64,000 nt of DNA from Rhizophagus irregularis. Lineage: Eukaryota. The stretch spans positions 1,302,001 through 1,366,000 of the forward strand of contig NC_089435.1 of assembly GCF_026210795.1 (NCBI RefSeq), read 5' to 3'. Positions 1-11,858 of this stretch are shown in pieces. The translations under genes were made by a program, and so were the position numbers. Position 1 is the first letter of the stretch, and each line of letters opens with the position of its first letter. The notes below the pieces were generated by a model. The model was not told the DNA's origin and did not search any database. It was given only the letters and a program-made list of their open reading frames with translations.

Positions 1-699
1 TTCGTCACACCTTATCTGTCACCGCACTGTTCACGTGACAGTGCATAATTCCGCATAATGCCGGCCACCAGTGCTTTTTTTTGGGGGAACGCTAGGGTAG
101 TTTATTTTGACTTTGAAGCTTCGGGCGAAGCCACAGATGTTTGGGCGAAACTTGAAACTTTTATAGTATATTATTTAGGTATTTAAAAAATCCATGGCTA
201 AAATAAACATGAATAATTTTTGATAATCAAGAAGTTATCATTAAATACATGCTTGCAATTATTGTAAGATTAATATAAGGCTAATATTTGGTAAAATCTT
301 TATTTATATACTATTAATAAATTAATTCATAAAATAGTTCATGAAGTAAATAAAATCAAAATTTTATACATTATTAGTAGAGTTTGTAAAAAAAAAATAA
401 ACTCAACGGAGATCTCAATTTTTGTGCATAATTGTGGTTTCATAGTTTAAAAAGATAACTGTCAGTTCAGAAGGGGATTATAAGTGCCACATGCGTTAGT
501 TATGTTTGCATATATAGATTTTTGTTTTGTATGTATTTTGTATTTAGTATCGATACTCTATTGATGTCGTGCTAGAAAGTCCAGTGCTTTGTGCTAGTGC
601 TTTGTGCATATGGTATGGTTCCACGTTACATGGTTTTTTTTTCACTAATAAAGGAGTAAAAAAAAAGTTAATATTTCGTTGCATAAAAATGAAAAAAAA

Positions 700-1020
700 T
701 AAAACATTTTCAAAGCTTATACCTTCAAAATGAGTACAGCCTTTGAAATGGGTCTCTTTGACCTACAAAAAAAATGAAAATGTTAGCAAAACGTTTTGTT
801 AAAAAAAACCCCCTGAAAGAAAAAAATTTGAAGTTTTACCTTCAAAAATGGTAGTCTGCTTCGAAATGAAGTAAAACGGAGTTCTGGATCTAAAAAATAA
901 AAACAAAAACATTAGCAAACGTTTTGCTAAAAAAATCAAAGAAAAAATTTGAAGATATTATACCTTCGAAGCTGGACCTAAAAAAAGAAACGTTTGTAAA
1001 ACATTTCATTAAAATTTCAC
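700..1020 (-). repeat. Array of related intron-like units separated by 14-50 nt exon-like pieces (probably part of a repeat element)
   Basis: Minus-strand GT..AG units 763-839 and 890-963 (also 978-1020, and a donor at 722). The two full units have GCTAAC/GCTAAT branch points and poly-T tracts. Spacers 723-762, 840-889 and 964-977 all end in GAAG|GT. Confidence 0.55.
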
Positions 1021-1179
1021 CTACCGAATTCTCACGTGCAAAAGAGCCAAAGAAATAACATGGTCTAAGAAAAAGAAATAAAAAGAGAATTTAGTAGTTG
1101 TTTAAAAAATGGAATAAAGAAATTAAAAAGACATGCAAAACTCAGCGAGATACCATGTTTAAAGAGTCAGGGAGCCGCC

Positions 1180-1370
1180 TAAAAAAGAAAAGGAAAGGGG
1201 AAGGGCAAGGGCAAGTGGAGTAAAGGGAAGGACAAAAGAGAGGGAAAGGGGAAGAATGAGAAGTAGGGAAAGGAAAATACAAGGAGGGAAAAGAGGAGGA
1301 ATGAGAAGAGAAGGGGAAAAGAGAAGGAAGAACGAGAAGGAGGAAAGGAGATAATGAGAAGGGGAAGGTG
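1180..1370. repeat. Purine-rich (GA) low-complexity tract with AAGAATGAGAAG-like units
   Basis: Almost only G/A on the + strand; a related unit recurs at ~1510-1555. Confidence 0.7.
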
Positions 1371-2439
1371 TTATGTAATATAATTAATTTACAGACTGTA
1401 ATTTATTATTAAGAAGGTTTTAAAAGAGTTTTTTGAACGTACTGTAACTCATTGAAGGTATAATTACTATTAAATTTATAATTTATTGAAATTATAAAAG
1501 AAAATGCTGGAAGAACGAGAAGGAGTGAAGGGGAAGAATGAGAGAAGAGGAAAGGGTAATATAACTTAAATTGAATTTAGCTTTAACTTTTGAATATAGT
1601 TTAAAATTTAACTTTCGATTGAAGAAAAAAAAATACAATTTAACATTTGTTCAAAATTATCACAAAAAAAAAAAATTCTTTTGTTTAAGAATATCACTTA
1701 ACCATTCTTAGTAAACTAATATGCAATTATCAAAGGTCGGAGATAAAAATATAAAGCCACACAATATCGATAAATTTCTATATAGATATTTTCAATTAAA
1801 GAAATTAAAGGAAAAAAATCAATATATTTTAATTAAAAAAATTAAATAATAACGTAATTAATACATTTATTACAAAAACAATTCTATTGTTAACTATTTA
1901 TAGTAAACTATTATGCTAATCGTTACGTGTTAAGAAAAATATCAATTAAAATAATACAACGTAATATTATTTAAGAAATTGGTTTGTTACATATAGAATT
2001 CACATGATTAGGACACTGAATTTATGATGATTACTAATTTTATCACAAAATTTACCACTTAAGCTACAGTTTATTGCTAGTTATATTATAAAATTAAATA
2101 TAAAAATAAAATAAAATACAAATATATTATGAAAAGTTCTTTCCTAACTATTGCAAACTAAACAAAAAGAAACTTTAAATTTTCTAGTAGTTAAATCCAC
2201 TTCTCCTAACTACCTATAAGTCTAGATTAATCCAAGTCTTCTAGTATCTAAAAACCTAAAAAACAAAAAAAAAGAAACATAAGAATGTCAATTAGGAGCC
2301 AAACTTCCCCTGTAATCATTCAAATCTCCAAGAGTTGGCATTTTTAAAGTTTGGAGTAAGAGTAACAGAACGACCCACAAAAAAGAAAAACATGCTGAAG
2401 CATTCCACAAAAAGAAACAATTTACAAAAAGAAACAACT

Positions 2440-2610
2440 CATGAAAAAAATTAACCCATGAAAAAGAATTGACCCACGAAAAGAATTGACCCACGAAAAG
2501 AAACAACCCACGTAAAAAGAATTGACCCACGAAAAAGAATTGACCCATGAAAAAGAATTAATCTACATAAAAATAATTGACTCACGTTAAAATAACTGAC
2601 CCATGAAGAA
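2440..2610. repeat. Minisatellite, ~18-19 bp unit AAAAAGAATTGACCCA(C/T)G
   Basis: About nine degenerate copies visible; accounts for the repetitive ORF 2288-2548. Confidence 0.85.
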
Positions 2611-4102
2611 GAACTCACAAAGAAAAATCAACCGACAAAAAAAAAGAATAAAATATAAAATAAAAGAATTTTAAAAAGCCTAAAAAAGGGGAATAAAAAA
2701 TTTTTTTTTAAAAAGGAGGATAACAAAGTTAGGAAAAGGACAATGAGTAAAGTTAGAAAAAAATTTTTTTATAAATGGGGAGACAAATGAAAGGAAGAAA
2801 GAAGAAATTTTTTCTTTAAAAAAAAAAGGTAGCGAGTGGGAAATAAATATTTTTTAAAGGGGTGACGAAGCTAGAAAATAAAAAAAGAAAGGGGGAATAA
2901 AAAAAAGAGGATGACAAATAAAGAAAAAGAGTGTGACAAAATAAGAAAAATAAAGGAAAGAAAGGAAGATCAAAATCATATACTGTATAAAAAAAAAAGT
3001 ATCACAAAAAAAAAACAATCACGTGATCGCGTATTATGATAGATAAAATTATTATCTAAAAAAGATTAAAATGAATTACGGTCTACGGGCGGTTTGATTG
3101 CAGCGTAGTTTAGGGTAGCGTTTGGCTGATTTAATATTAGTTCTTGTCTACCTTTCTGTAATCTTGATCACTTGAAATTTAAAAATAAAAAATAAAAATA
3201 AATTAAAAATGAATTACGTATTAAACATATGGAATTGTAACAGATTTTTTATAGGGTATTGAGGTCTATAAAAGTTTAGTCTATTTATATCTTATTAATT
3301 TTTACAAAATGATATTGTTTATAATTTATTAAAGTTAAATTGATTTTTAAAAAAAAATAATTAAATAATTAAAATTGTGATTCATCGTCAAGTAATATTT
3401 AATGCATCGAAAAAATATCTTGAATTGATTTTTTCGGCTAAATTTTGATGACAATTACCATCTATTTACCACTTATTCATCACCTATTTACCACCTATTT
3501 AATAGCATTCAATTTCACAAGATCGTTTGGTACCACATCGTCACATGTTAGATAATAGATCGTTGTGATTTGATGGCGATTTCTTAACTGCATGGTAACA
3601 AATCACGGGTTTCTGCAAAAATGTAATGATATGTTTATTATTATCCACCATATTCTAGATAAATTTATCTAAAACCTAAAGATTATTTTAAAGTTTAATA
3701 AGATTCTTTTGAGTTAAACAATTTTTTTCTTGCGGTTATTTGAAATTTTTTTTTTTAGAAAAAATATTAATACTCGAAAGTCCTATATATATAAATCATA
3801 GATTTTTTAATTTAGATAACTTTTACCTACTTATTAGACAATAGACATTAAAATTACTACTGCCAACAAAAAAGATCATGAATACTGCGCCTCATCCAGC
3901 GGATTAATCTTTTTCTCAATAGCGACAATCTTGACAAAAATATTGATTTAAATACTGATCTTTCATAATTAGGTAAAACTCTAGTTATTTTACAAACTAA
4001 TATTCTAAATAAATTTGCTCAAAAATATATTAAGAACTTTCTAATCTTCCGTAATTAAATTGTGATTTTCTATCAATTATTTTAAAATTCCCTAATCTTC
4101 CT

Positions 4103-5584
4103 TTAATCATATAACGTATGGAGTTTACATTGAATCCATTCAAAATCTTCAGTTCCAAGATTATTAGTGTTATAATTTTTGATTACCCCTTTTGTTTTAT
4201 ATTTTTGTAAAAGATCTTCTAATTTTAGCTGATGTTGCTTCTGCTCCACGTTTAACATAACTCCCGATGAAAAGATTTGCAATAACATAGAACTTCTATC
4301 TTTCCAATTGTCAAGAAATAATTTTAAAGATTCCAAATTAATATTCAAATAAGAATTAAAAATAGAATATATAAATTTAAATTTAAATAAACTAATTGGT
4401 GTGGACCTCGTCAATATTTCAAATAAGATTTTCCAATTAATTTGATAATCATGTACACAGAAAATTTCTAATCCATTTAAAATTTGACAATTAATTAATA
4501 AATTTTCAAATTCTGAAAAATTCTCACTAAATAATGATAATTTAAGATAATTAAGGTTTGGACAATTTTGATAAATTGCATGGATAAGTCTTCCTTCATC
4601 ATAATCACTTTGACCATAGATAATACTTATTTCAATAAGATTTCCTATTGTATTTTCAATTAGACTTGCCAAAATTTTAGATGGGACGTAATGAGCTTTT
4701 AGATATTTTAAGTGAGGTAAAGATATCTTTTCCAAATGATTCAAATGATTCCAATTTTTCTGGCGAAAAGCGTGTATTTCTAAACTTATTAAATTTACAA
4801 GATGTGAAAATAAATTTGTGACAGGTTTCCAGTCTATTTTCAAATATTGAATAGTATCGGCACACTTAATTAGTGCCTCTTCAAGTGGTCTGACAATATA
4901 TTCCTTAAGAGTAACCAGATATTGATTGTTGAATATAACTTCATTTAAGTTTTTTTGACCTTCAATTAATTTAGTGATACCACAATTATGAGTACTAAAA
5001 TATAAAATATCAAAATTCAATTTTTTAATTGACGTATTTAATATAGCCAATCTTCCTGCTAAGATGCTGCTGTTTTGAGTAGAAGTACAACGAAGGTAAC
5101 CAAGTTCTGAGAAACAAAGTTCAGTACCCGAAGTAAAGTTATAGCGGGAATAATTGCAAAGAAAATAAAATTTTGTATTCCTATTAAATATATTCATGAT
5201 TTCTAATCCTATAATAGAAATTTTGGATTGATTAATATTTGTATCAGTTACAAAAGTTTCTATCATTTTTTCCAATACAGATAAATTTAAATATCTCCAA
5301 AAACTAATATAATTTAATAAAGGTTGTTGATATGTATTTATAAGTTCAATCCCTTGATTCCTCAAATTAACTCTTGATTCTTCTGATAAATATGAAAGTA
5401 TTACATTAATTATAATGATATGTGCTTTTTCTTTTAAGTGAAATCGAAAAGGATTCTTCCATAAAATTGGTACAGTCATTTCATACCAAGTCCTGTCAAC
5501 TAAAAGACATGAATAAAGTGTATTTCTCATATCATATAATTCTTTTAATATTAGGGATATTACATCTTTGTTAAGTTTCGACAT
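4103..5584 (-). CDS. F-box / RNI-like leucine-rich repeat protein (Glomeromycota-expanded family), 493 aa, intronless
   Basis: N-terminal F-box-like motif LNKDVISLIL..LYSCLLVDRTW..VPILWKNP, LRR-like IYQNCPNLNYLKLSL and family C-terminal FKFKF/FLDNWKDR shared with paralogues in the window. Confidence 0.88.
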   Translation of the reverse strand: MSKLNKDVISLILKELYDMRNTLYSCLLVDRTWYEMTVPILWKNPFRFHLKEKAHIIIINVILSYLSEESRVNLRNQGIELINTYQQPLLNYISFWRYLNLSVLEKMIETFVTDTNINQSKISIIGLEIMNIFNRNTKFYFLCNYSRYNFTSGTELCFSELGYLRCTSTQNSSILAGRLAILNTSIKKLNFDILYFSTHNCGITKLIEGQKNLNEVIFNNQYLVTLKEYIVRPLEEALIKCADTIQYLKIDWKPVTNLFSHLVNLISLEIHAFRQKNWNHLNHLEKISLPHLKYLKAHYVPSKILASLIENTIGNLIEISIIYGQSDYDEGRLIHAIYQNCPNLNYLKLSLFSENFSEFENLLINCQILNGLEIFCVHDYQINWKILFEILTRSTPISLFKFKFIYSIFNSYLNINLESLKLFLDNWKDRSSMLLQIFSSGVMLNVEQKQHQLKLEDLLQKYKTKGVIKNYNTNNLGTEDFEWIQCKLHTLYD

Positions 5585-6251
5585 TTTTTAATCTTTTAAA
5601 AGGAAGAAAATTTCTTCTTTATTACCCCTTTTTTAATTTATATATATCAGATATGGCGTAAAGGAGTGTAACAAATAAATATGCGCAGTATGAAAATCAT
5701 AGGGATATTTAGTCGTGATAATTCCATATTTAGAATAAAGATTTTTTCGGTGATCTCACTTTCCTTTTTGATCTCACCCGATAGTGTGTTACATAAATCA
5801 ATTGCAAATTTTTTTTTTTTTTTTTTTTTTTTAAGAAAAAATTAAAAATTTTAATAAAATATTAACTGTATTTCATATACACCTTGACATATTTTATGAT
5901 TTAAAATAAAGAAAATTTTTAATTTTATCTGTGGTAAAATTAACGGTATATACATTATATATTCATGTGGCTTTGGTTTAATATTGAACTTAACGTAACC
6001 GTAACTCGCTTCGCTCGCAGGAAATCAATTTACAGTATTAAAAATAAAAAATTTTATTATAAGGTAAAAAATTTTGATGCATGATGATTGGCAATAATTT
6101 AATTTTCTTGTTTCCTATTACAGGTCAGAATCATAAAAAACAAAAAATACATATAAATATTAAAATACTAATACTATCATAATAATTATAAAAATTTCCA
6201 ATCATTTAAAAAAATTCCTAAAATAGTATATATAATTAACAACACTTTTTT

Positions 6252-7697
6252 TTATTTGTTCCATTCAAATTCTTTAAAACCAAATCCATCAATATTATAA
6301 TCTTTAATTATACTTTTTACTTTATATTCTTGTAATAATTCTTTTAATCTTTGCCTTAGAACATGTTGTTGTTGTTGTTGTCTTCTAGGCCTGAGAGTTA
6401 AAAATCTTATTGCAGTTGTTATATGTAATAACATAGAATGTCTATCATTCCAATTATCAAGAAATAATTTTAAATGTTTCAAATTATCTTCCCAAATATC
6501 AAAATAAGCAGTAAATTTAAATTTAAATAAACTAATAGATGAAAATTTCAATAGTTCAAGTAAATTATCCCAATCAATAGTATAACCTATAATTTCTAAT
6601 CCAATTAAAAATTGACAATTAATTAATAAATTTTTAAATTCTAAAAATTCATTATTTGATAATTTTAATTTAAGATAATTAAGATTTGGACAATTTTGAT
6701 AAATTTTTCGAATAAGTTTTCCATCATCTTCAATTCGATAAAGAATAATAATTTCAATAAGATAACCTTTTGTATTTTCAATTAAATTTTCTAAAACAAT
6801 TGGTGGAATATTTTGAGCTTTTAAAAATTTTAAACAAGGTAAAGATACATTAATTAAATGATTCCAATCTGAGTCGCAAGTAGATTTTATTTCTAATCTT
6901 ACTAAATTTACAAGATATGAAAGAAATTTTGTAACAGGACTCCAACTTATTTTCAAATATTGAACAGTATCTGCACATTTGATTATCGATTCTTCAAGTG
7001 CTTTACGATATGGTTTATTCCTTGGCATTGTTGAGACGAAATTGATTCCTTTTAGATTTTTTTGAACTTCAATTAATTTAACTATTCCATGACTAATGGT
7101 ATCATTGTACTTATAATTAAAACCCAATACTTTAATTGAAGTACTTATTATAGCCAATCTTTCCAAAATATTACTATTGATATCATTATAATCACAACCA
7201 AGGTATTCAATTTCTGAAAAGCAATGTTCATCCCCTGAAATATGACAAAAATTTGTTTTTGGAATAAAAAGTGAAACAAATTTTGTTTCACTATTAATAA
7301 ATAATTTCATTATTTCAATTCCTATAATAGATTTTTTAGATATTTCAAAATTTTTTATAAAAATATTCATTATATATTCTAAAAAATGTAAATTTAAATG
7401 CCTCCAAAAACTAATATAATTAAATAAAGGTCTTTGATACTTTTCATAAAAAAAATCAATTTCTTTATTTTTCAAATTATTTCTTGATTCTTCTGATAAA
7501 TGTGAAATTATTACATTAAATAAAATTTTACGTGCATTATCGGTTAGACGACATTGTTTAGAAGGGTTCTTCCATAAAGTTGGTACCGTCAGTTTACACC
7601 AAGTTCTACTAACTAAAAGACATGAATATAAAGATTTAACATCATCTTGTAATTCTTCCAATATTAATATAATTATATCATTGCATAGTCTTGACAT
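6252..7697 (-). CDS. F-box / LRR protein paralogue, 481 aa
   Basis: LYSCLLVSRTWCKLTVPTLWKNP, IYQNCPNLNYLKL, FLDNWNDR; colinear with 4103-5584 and 21598-23064. Confidence 0.88.
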   Translation of the reverse strand: MSRLCNDIIILILEELQDDVKSLYSCLLVSRTWCKLTVPTLWKNPSKQCRLTDNARKILFNVIISHLSEESRNNLKNKEIDFFYEKYQRPLFNYISFWRHLNLHFLEYIMNIFIKNFEISKKSIIGIEIMKLFINSETKFVSLFIPKTNFCHISGDEHCFSEIEYLGCDYNDINSNILERLAIISTSIKVLGFNYKYNDTISHGIVKLIEVQKNLKGINFVSTMPRNKPYRKALEESIIKCADTVQYLKISWSPVTKFLSYLVNLVRLEIKSTCDSDWNHLINVSLPCLKFLKAQNIPPIVLENLIENTKGYLIEIIILYRIEDDGKLIRKIYQNCPNLNYLKLKLSNNEFLEFKNLLINCQFLIGLEIIGYTIDWDNLLELLKFSSISLFKFKFTAYFDIWEDNLKHLKLFLDNWNDRHSMLLHITTAIRFLTLRPRRQQQQQHVLRQRLKELLQEYKVKSIIKDYNIDGFGFKEFEWNK

Positions 7698-7733
7698 TAT
7701 TTCTACGACAATTTTTAAAAGGAAAGAAAGTTT

Positions 7734-7827
7734 GACGGATGGCGTAAAAATGTGGTATGACTATGGCTATCAATTATTTATTTAATTAAAGTATCTAATT
7801 TGATTTAAACAAATTAAGTAAAGTCTA
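7734..7827 (-). promoter_or_regulatory. Conserved upstream module of the F-box family (+ strand GACGGATGGCGTAAAAATGTG and ATTTGATTTAxACAAATTAAGTAA)
   Basis: The same two blocks lie just upstream of the start at 23088-23170 and 26644-26720, degenerate at 26229-26302; the core ATGGCGTAAA is also at ~5653. Confidence 0.55.
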
Positions 7828-8611
7828 GTTTGATTGTGATCTACATATATTGTTAACCGGATTGGGTATTTGCTGCGCTTTTTATGTATTCTTTTACTAA
7901 CTTTTTAGAAATTAGTAACTGTTATTCTTCGCTTTTATTTGAAATAAAAAAAAAAATAAAAATATGTCACGACGTCACGCATATCTCATAGTTGTTTTCG
8001 GACTATTATAAGGTTAAGATTAATCTAGATTAATCTATAAATTATATTTTAATTATGATGTTGTGTATTACGTGATACAAAAATTATTTATATAACTATT
8101 ATTTTTATTTATTTAACATACTCTGTGGGGAAAATACCATTCAATATTGTCGTATTATCGAAAAAAAAACATATTTTATGATTATTTTGGTCGGAAAGAT
8201 GTAAAATAATATTTATATAATTATGTGACATATTTGTTGAATGTATTATTATATATTTATTATAAAAAATATTTTAATATATTATTTACGAATAAAATTT
8301 TACATCAAAGTCGATAAAACAAAGGCAAATCACATGACGATCAGAGGTAATTTTCTAAACTTATACTACTAAACTTATAGAAAATACACCCATTCGTACA
8401 GCTGTTAATAAAAAATTCGAAAGTCACTTTTACCTCTTTATATTTCGGAAAGAAAATGATTTTTATAATGTAATAATAATAAAACTTGTCTTTATTAACA
8501 GAAAAATAACAAATATGGACATGAGTAAACATCAAAATACTACTGGTGTTATTACGATAAGTTAACAACAGATGAACTAAATACAATATATTTTAAAACA
8601 TATGAAAGTAT

Positions 8612-8932
8612 TTAGAATAAGTTAAATGATACTTCTCCAAAAGGAGTACTTAAACCCATTTCCCTACCAAGTTTAAAACCAACACCCACAACCTTAGCCT
8701 CTATACCATTAGGGCCAATTGATCCTCCCGTGTCAGCATTGAGTCCAATTCTTGATTTAAAGCCTCCTGATTCACAATTTACCAAATCAACACCCACTTC
8801 AAGCTTAGCTTTGACGCCATCAGTAGCATTTGCCGCAGCTTTTGCTCCAACTCCTGTACTTAAAACTTTAAGATCTGTATTTCCATCACAGTATCTGTAT
8901 ACTGAACTACCAATCTTTACTTCTGAGGACAT
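8612..8932 (-). CDS. Small glycine-rich predicted all-beta protein of unknown function, 106 aa
   Basis: ATG start, GC clearly above the flanks, protein-like composition, TATA-like TATAAA ~115 nt upstream on the minus strand; no signal peptide evident. Confidence 0.8.
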   Translation of the reverse strand: MSSEVKIGSSVYRYCDGNTDLKVLSTGVGAKAAANATDGVKAKLEVGVDLVNCESGGFKSRIGLNADTGGSIGPNGIEAKVVGVGFKLGREMGLSTPFGEVSFNLF

Positions 8933-11220
8933 CTCGATATATTATAATATATTTGAAGTTTGGATTATTTTAGATTTTTTTTTCTTTAAGAGTGAAATAT
9001 GTTTTTGAAGTTTTTAGTCTGAAAGGGTTCGTATTTGATATGCCTTTATATTAAAAAAATTTTCTCTCATCGATCAATTAGGTTGATCCATTTACAATCC
9101 AATTTAGAATAATAGAACACGTTTTAATAAATTTTAAGAATCATTTAAGACCCGATTTGGTACGTCAGAAGAGTAAAGCCATTTAATGATAAATTTTGAA
9201 AAAAATATATCGTTAACGTAAAACGTGTTCTATACCGTTTTTTCTTAAAAATTTTATACAAATAAAACCTTCTATGAATTTAAGTGTTTAAGAACATATA
9301 CGGCTTGTTTTGGAAAGCCTTACATTTGCGAATTTCTTAACCATTCACAGCTTATTTTGGAATAAGTTACGACTATTAATTTCACAAAATCTTCGTGAGA
9401 AGAAAAATTATAGCTAAATAACCTGTTACTTTCCAAGTAAAAAAATATTCCTGTTATTGCACGTCAAGATTTGAGATGAATTTATATTCTTTAGTAATAA
9501 AGTGAAATATCTTTAAAATAATCATGTGTTTTATCCATATCATTATGTTCCAGACTTACGATAGTTTCCATTCCTCAATAATCATATTTTACTATGGCTG
9601 AATCATTTATATTCTTTTTAATTTATATTTTATATGCCTGAGCACCTTTATGTACCGATCGCTTATATACCGATAATGATAAATTTTTTATGTCCCGTTT
9701 CACAATTAATAAAAAAACTTCATTGTACCGATATTATATATAGTTTCACGATGTAACATGTACCGATACTTTTCTTTGTCCTTTTATAATTCTTTTTTTT
9801 TTAACGAAGTCAAATTATTACTTTCAGTATTTAGAAATAAAGAAAAATTACAAAAAAGGAAATGATCTACATTATATAACATTTAGTAAAAGAATACGAT
9901 CGAACTACACTAACTCGCTTAGGGCAATTGATATTTATTACGTAATATAAGTTTCCTGTATGTAAGATATAGTGTAACCAATTAAATTAAAATATTGAGA
10001 TCACATGATTGTTCATTAAGTATAACGTAAGATTTTTGCTAATATCACTGCCCTTACCACCGATAAATATTTACCCCGTATTACATTTCATTTATTTTTG
10101 TAAAACGTCTCCCGGTTTTTATGAAGACACAATATTTAAGTCATAAGAAACTATTATAAATAGATTTGCATACTTTCACCTGCGGGAATGTTAACTAAAA
10201 TGACTTTTTTTTTTTGACGTTAACTTATTTTAAATTAGAAGTTTTAACCGTTTATTATCTGTTATATGCAAATAAAAAAAATTATCTGATTCAGATTCGG
10301 TTAATAAGCGTTTATCGCGTTATAAAATATAGTTCAAATATTTATTTATATGAAATGTTTTCTTATTTTTTCATTATTGTTCAGGAATATGGGGGAATGA
10401 CCAAGCTAAAAAAAAAAACTTTAATTTGAATTTTAATTTATTTATTTTATTTATTTATTTAGTTCTAGAGTAATTACAAAAAGTAATTTGAATTTTTAAT
10501 ACTATTAAAAACATTTTTTATTCAAATTTTAATTAACACGTGATATTTAAATAATCAAAAATATGCAATTTAAACCGAATTGATGTTTCACAATTTAATC
10601 GATTGTCTCCTCTTCGTTTTTCTTCGATTTGTCATGAAATGTGCTTTTTCAAATTTTTCGATATGAGCAAATAATCTTCTAGGCTGTTTTCTCTATTAAA
10701 TTATTCTTATGGTGTTATATAAAATAAATGTATTTTCCATCTTATAATCTCATTCATATAAATTTATGATATAAATCACAAAATCCTTTAGCAGCTAATA
10801 CAGAATGGGTGCAGTATTTATATAGAGAGAAAATTGAATTTTTACCCTTTTATATTATAAATATTAATATTATTCTACTTCTGCTCCATATTAAATTTAA
10901 CGATTAAATAAACGTAATTTCAATCTAGTAAACGTAATTTAAAATTTTTGATAATGTATACCAAGTGAAGTTAAAAAGATTACGCTAATAAAGCCTTGAA
11001 TAAGGATAGAAACAATACAAACTTCGCATCAATAACTAAAACGTGTTCCTTGGACAATTTTCTCGTAAATTAGTATATCTTCCCGTATTGTATAATTATC
11101 ATTGAACAGCTGTTCTAGAGGATCTATGTCTACAAAACAATTGATTAATGAGTTTTTAAGAGAGCAAGGGTAGTAAAAAAGAATTGCCCAAAGTTGAACC
11201 TGTTTCCTGGTCATCTTTTA

Positions 11221-11270
11221 TTAGGGGTGTTAAAATATCATCCGAAAAGCAGTTCGGTTAACACCCCTAA
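11221..11270. mobile_element. 50-bp hairpin / collapsed TIR element (TAGGGGTG ends, hAT-like)
   Basis: TTAGGGGTGTTAA (11221-11233) and TTAACACCCCTAA (11258-11270) are perfect inverted repeats, with an inner CCGAA/TTCGG pair; no TSD seen. Confidence 0.4.
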
Positions 11271-11499
11271 CCGTGTTATCCTGCAGCCGCCGATGATAAT
11301 GCTTATACTGTAACTATTTACGTTTAGCGTGACATGTTCTTCACCCTAATTATCTTTACCATCATCAACCTGATTATCTTCTTCAGGCACCTGTTCATCA
11401 TGCTCTTCTAAAAATGTTATAATATAGTTTATATCATATACAAAAAAAATGTATTTCTATACACTTCTAGACCCTAGACACAAAGAATGAACTTCTACC

Positions 11500-11858
11500 T
11501 TGATCCAGTAATTCTTAACGCGTTAATACTCCTGTTAATTCTTGCTTCAAGACCGAATGAGGTGAATCTATAATGATGTGAGTATAATCTTCAAGAGGTC
11601 GACCCAAATCTCCTCCCCAGAATCCATTTAATTCTCCTGCTGCTGTGAATTTGTCAGGTTATCGCCTCAGCAAGAATGAGATTTATAATAGCATCCTCCG
11701 GTTCGTTGGGCATCTCAGTTTTCCATAGGACTATATCTTACCAGTATCTTACCCTATGAGGAAGTTAACATCATTCCCAGTATTCACTCGAATGACATTC
11801 TTTCCCGGTCTTGTATGAAGATGGCAAGACAACTCAATGTTCTGTACTTGTTACCCAT
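11500..11858 (-). pseudogene. Crinkler (CRN)-like N-terminal domain pseudogene
   Basis: Manual translation across frameshifts gives MGNKYRTLSCL.., DIVLWKTEMP (LWK motif) and FWGGDLGRPLEDYTHIIIDSP (HVLVxxP-type motif), in the CRN order. Confidence 0.6.

Noticed and set aside
2288..2548. 86-aa ORF
   Set aside because: Translation of the 18-19 bp minisatellite; no protein-like features.
8730..9008. 92-aa + strand ORF
   Set aside because: Antisense shadow of the 8612-8932 gene.
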